From positions 8,425 through 41,546 of the forward strand of contig PCWD01000012.1 in the NCBI GenBank assembly GCA_002787255.1: 33,122 bases of DNA. The letters run 5' to 3'. The stretch is from Parcubacteria group bacterium CG11_big_fil_rev_8_21_14_0_20_39_14 (GTDB lineage Bacteria > Patescibacteriota > Minisyncoccia > Minisyncoccales > GCA-002787255). Every line of letters begins with the position of its first letter. Positions within the stretch are counted from its first letter, which is position 1. Shown in pieces: positions 32,033 to 33,122 of this stretch. The notes beneath the pieces were generated by a model, which did not search any database, had not been told where the DNA came from, and saw nothing but the letters and a program-made list of their open reading frames with translations. The position numbers and the translations under genes are program-made.

Positions 32033-32100
32033 TGTCAAGTACCCATTGAATGGGCGATAAAATACAAGCAACTGTCACAAATGTACTCATCTCGTACAAA
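32033..32100 (+). repeat. Partial hairpin-element copy D (spacer + right arm), preceded by the IS3-type terminal 15-mer
   Basis: 32041-32100 matches 29342-29401 at 59/60. 32033-32047 tgtcaagtacccatt is identical to 12272-12286. Confidence 0.8.
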
Positions 32101-32111
32101 GACAGTGTTTT

Positions 32112-33122
32112 CTAATCAACATAGGAGCCCGAAATGAAGGTGGTGTAAAGCATCGGAAATTGAAGCTTATGATGGTGAAAATTCTCAAATAATTCGTCTT
32201 TAGCTTCTTGCGTCAAAGCGGCAAACTCATTGTCGCTTTGTTTTTTAGCGATGACATCAAGTTTTTCAAAGGTAAGGCCTTCTTTCAAAAATTCTTGGGC
32301 TCCAGGAAGCCTTCTAAGGGCTTCGTAAGGGGTGAGGTATACATTATAGACCTTTTTCTCTTTACCTTTTCTGTCAGTTTTTATCGTGGCAAAGCCACAA
32401 GGCCGATGATAGTTCAAGTAGATGTTTAAATATTCTTTGTCAAATTTATTGATAGCTGAAGCATATTTTTTGGGAATGTATTGGTAGCCAATATGTTTTC
32501 TGATAATGCTGCCGTTCTTGCCTTCTACCAAAGCATTATCATTGGTGTGTCTGGCCCTGGACTTGGTTTGCTGGATTAAGAGCTTGTTTAAGAGTTTGGC
32601 TACTACCTTATTAATGAATTCTGAGCCATTATCTGAATGGAAGCCCAAGATGGTAAAAGGAAATTGAGAAATTAAATCTTCCAGTAAGGGAGCCAAGAAA
32701 TACTCTGAGATTTTTTCCACGCAGCCGACTATTTCCCACTGAGTTATCTCATCAACAATATTGATATGATAGACACCTTTTTCCTTGTCTAAATCGCCCT
32801 GATGAACGGAATCTACCCTTAAATAGCCTGGTTTTCCTTGAGGTTCGGGTTTCTTTCTCTCCCCGATTAGAACCTTAACCGGACCGGTCTTTTTAATGGT
32901 TAAAGAATGAGACTGATACTGTCTGGTGGCTCGGAGATTGTAGATGTGGCTGGAGGAAATCTTACTAATGTTCTGATATTCTCTTTTGCCAAACTCTTGG
33001 TATTCTCTTTCCAGGATTCTTTTAGTGGCTGGCCCTGCCAGATGATAATGGAGATTGTCTGTTTCAATCAGCCGGGCAATGTCTGATGGAGTATATTTTA
33101 TGGGAAAATGATGTCTTTTGGT
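32112..33122 (-). CDS. DDE (rve-type) transposase/integrase, 5' end beyond the window; different family from the IS3 relic
   Basis: The frame is open from the window edge to the stop at 32112 (337 codons read by hand). ...PGYLRVDSVHQGDLDKEKGVYHINIVDEITQWE...GFHSDNGSEFIN...SRARHTNDNALVEGKNGSIIRKH...YHRPCGF. The track's 32720 GTG start is internal. Confidence 0.8.
   Translation of the reverse strand, partial: TKRHHFPIKYTPSDIARLIETDNLHYHLAGPATKRILEREYQEFGKREYQNISKISSSHIYNLRATRQYQSHSLTIKKTGPVKVLIGERKKPEPQGKPGYLRVDSVHQGDLDKEKGVYHINIVDEITQWEIVGCVEKISEYFLAPLLEDLISQFPFTILGFHSDNGSEFINKVVAKLLNKLLIQQTKSRARHTNDNALVEGKNGSIIRKHIGYQYIPKKYASAINKFDKEYLNIYLNYHRPCGFATIKTDRKGKEKKVYNVYLTPYEALRRLPGAQEFLKEGLTFEKLDVIAKKQSDNEFAALTQEAKDELFENFHHHKLQFPMLYTTFISGSYVD

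Overview
Low-GC (about 35%) bacterial chromosomal segment. No rRNA, tRNA or CRISPR array was recognised. The gene content and style resemble a Patescibacteria/CPR-type genome; this is an inference from two TrbC/VirB2-like pilin genes, a sigma-region-4 + HARE-HTH protein, a four-domain S1, UPF0182 and very short leaders. Recognisable genes are gyrA, rpsA, ftsH, metK, ald, a sugar-type solute-binding protein, a SAM methyltransferase, an MBL-fold hydrolase, a stand-alone proline dehydrogenase, a GT35 phosphorylase homolog, SpoIIM-like and UPF0182 membrane proteins, and several hypotheticals. Mobile DNA consists of a truncated, frameshifted IS3-family transposase relic, a partial rve-type transposase at the right edge, and an ~84-bp TG...CA hairpin (MITE-like) element in two full and two partial copies. 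Main observations: (1) ftsH is interrupted by one in-frame TAG exactly between TM1 and the ectodomain. (2) A co-directional three-gene module (18452-22595) encodes a sigma-r4/HARE-HTH DNA-binding protein, a TM-anchored protein of unknown family, and an anchorless VirD4/TraD-like ATPase with a C-terminal zinc ribbon. This is the best candidate here for an undescribed DNA-translocation system. (3) Intergenic regions are built from short private 'words' in direct-then-inverted arrays. Whole cassettes are reused between loci, including a promoter/leader block that runs through the start codons of three unrelated genes. (4) 60-bp direct repeats (59/60) of the hairpin element bracket a 2.7-kb segment. 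(5) The GT35 homolog appears to lack the PLP-binding lysine. (6) A GC-rich, helix-dense segment of unknown RNA class lies at the left edge.
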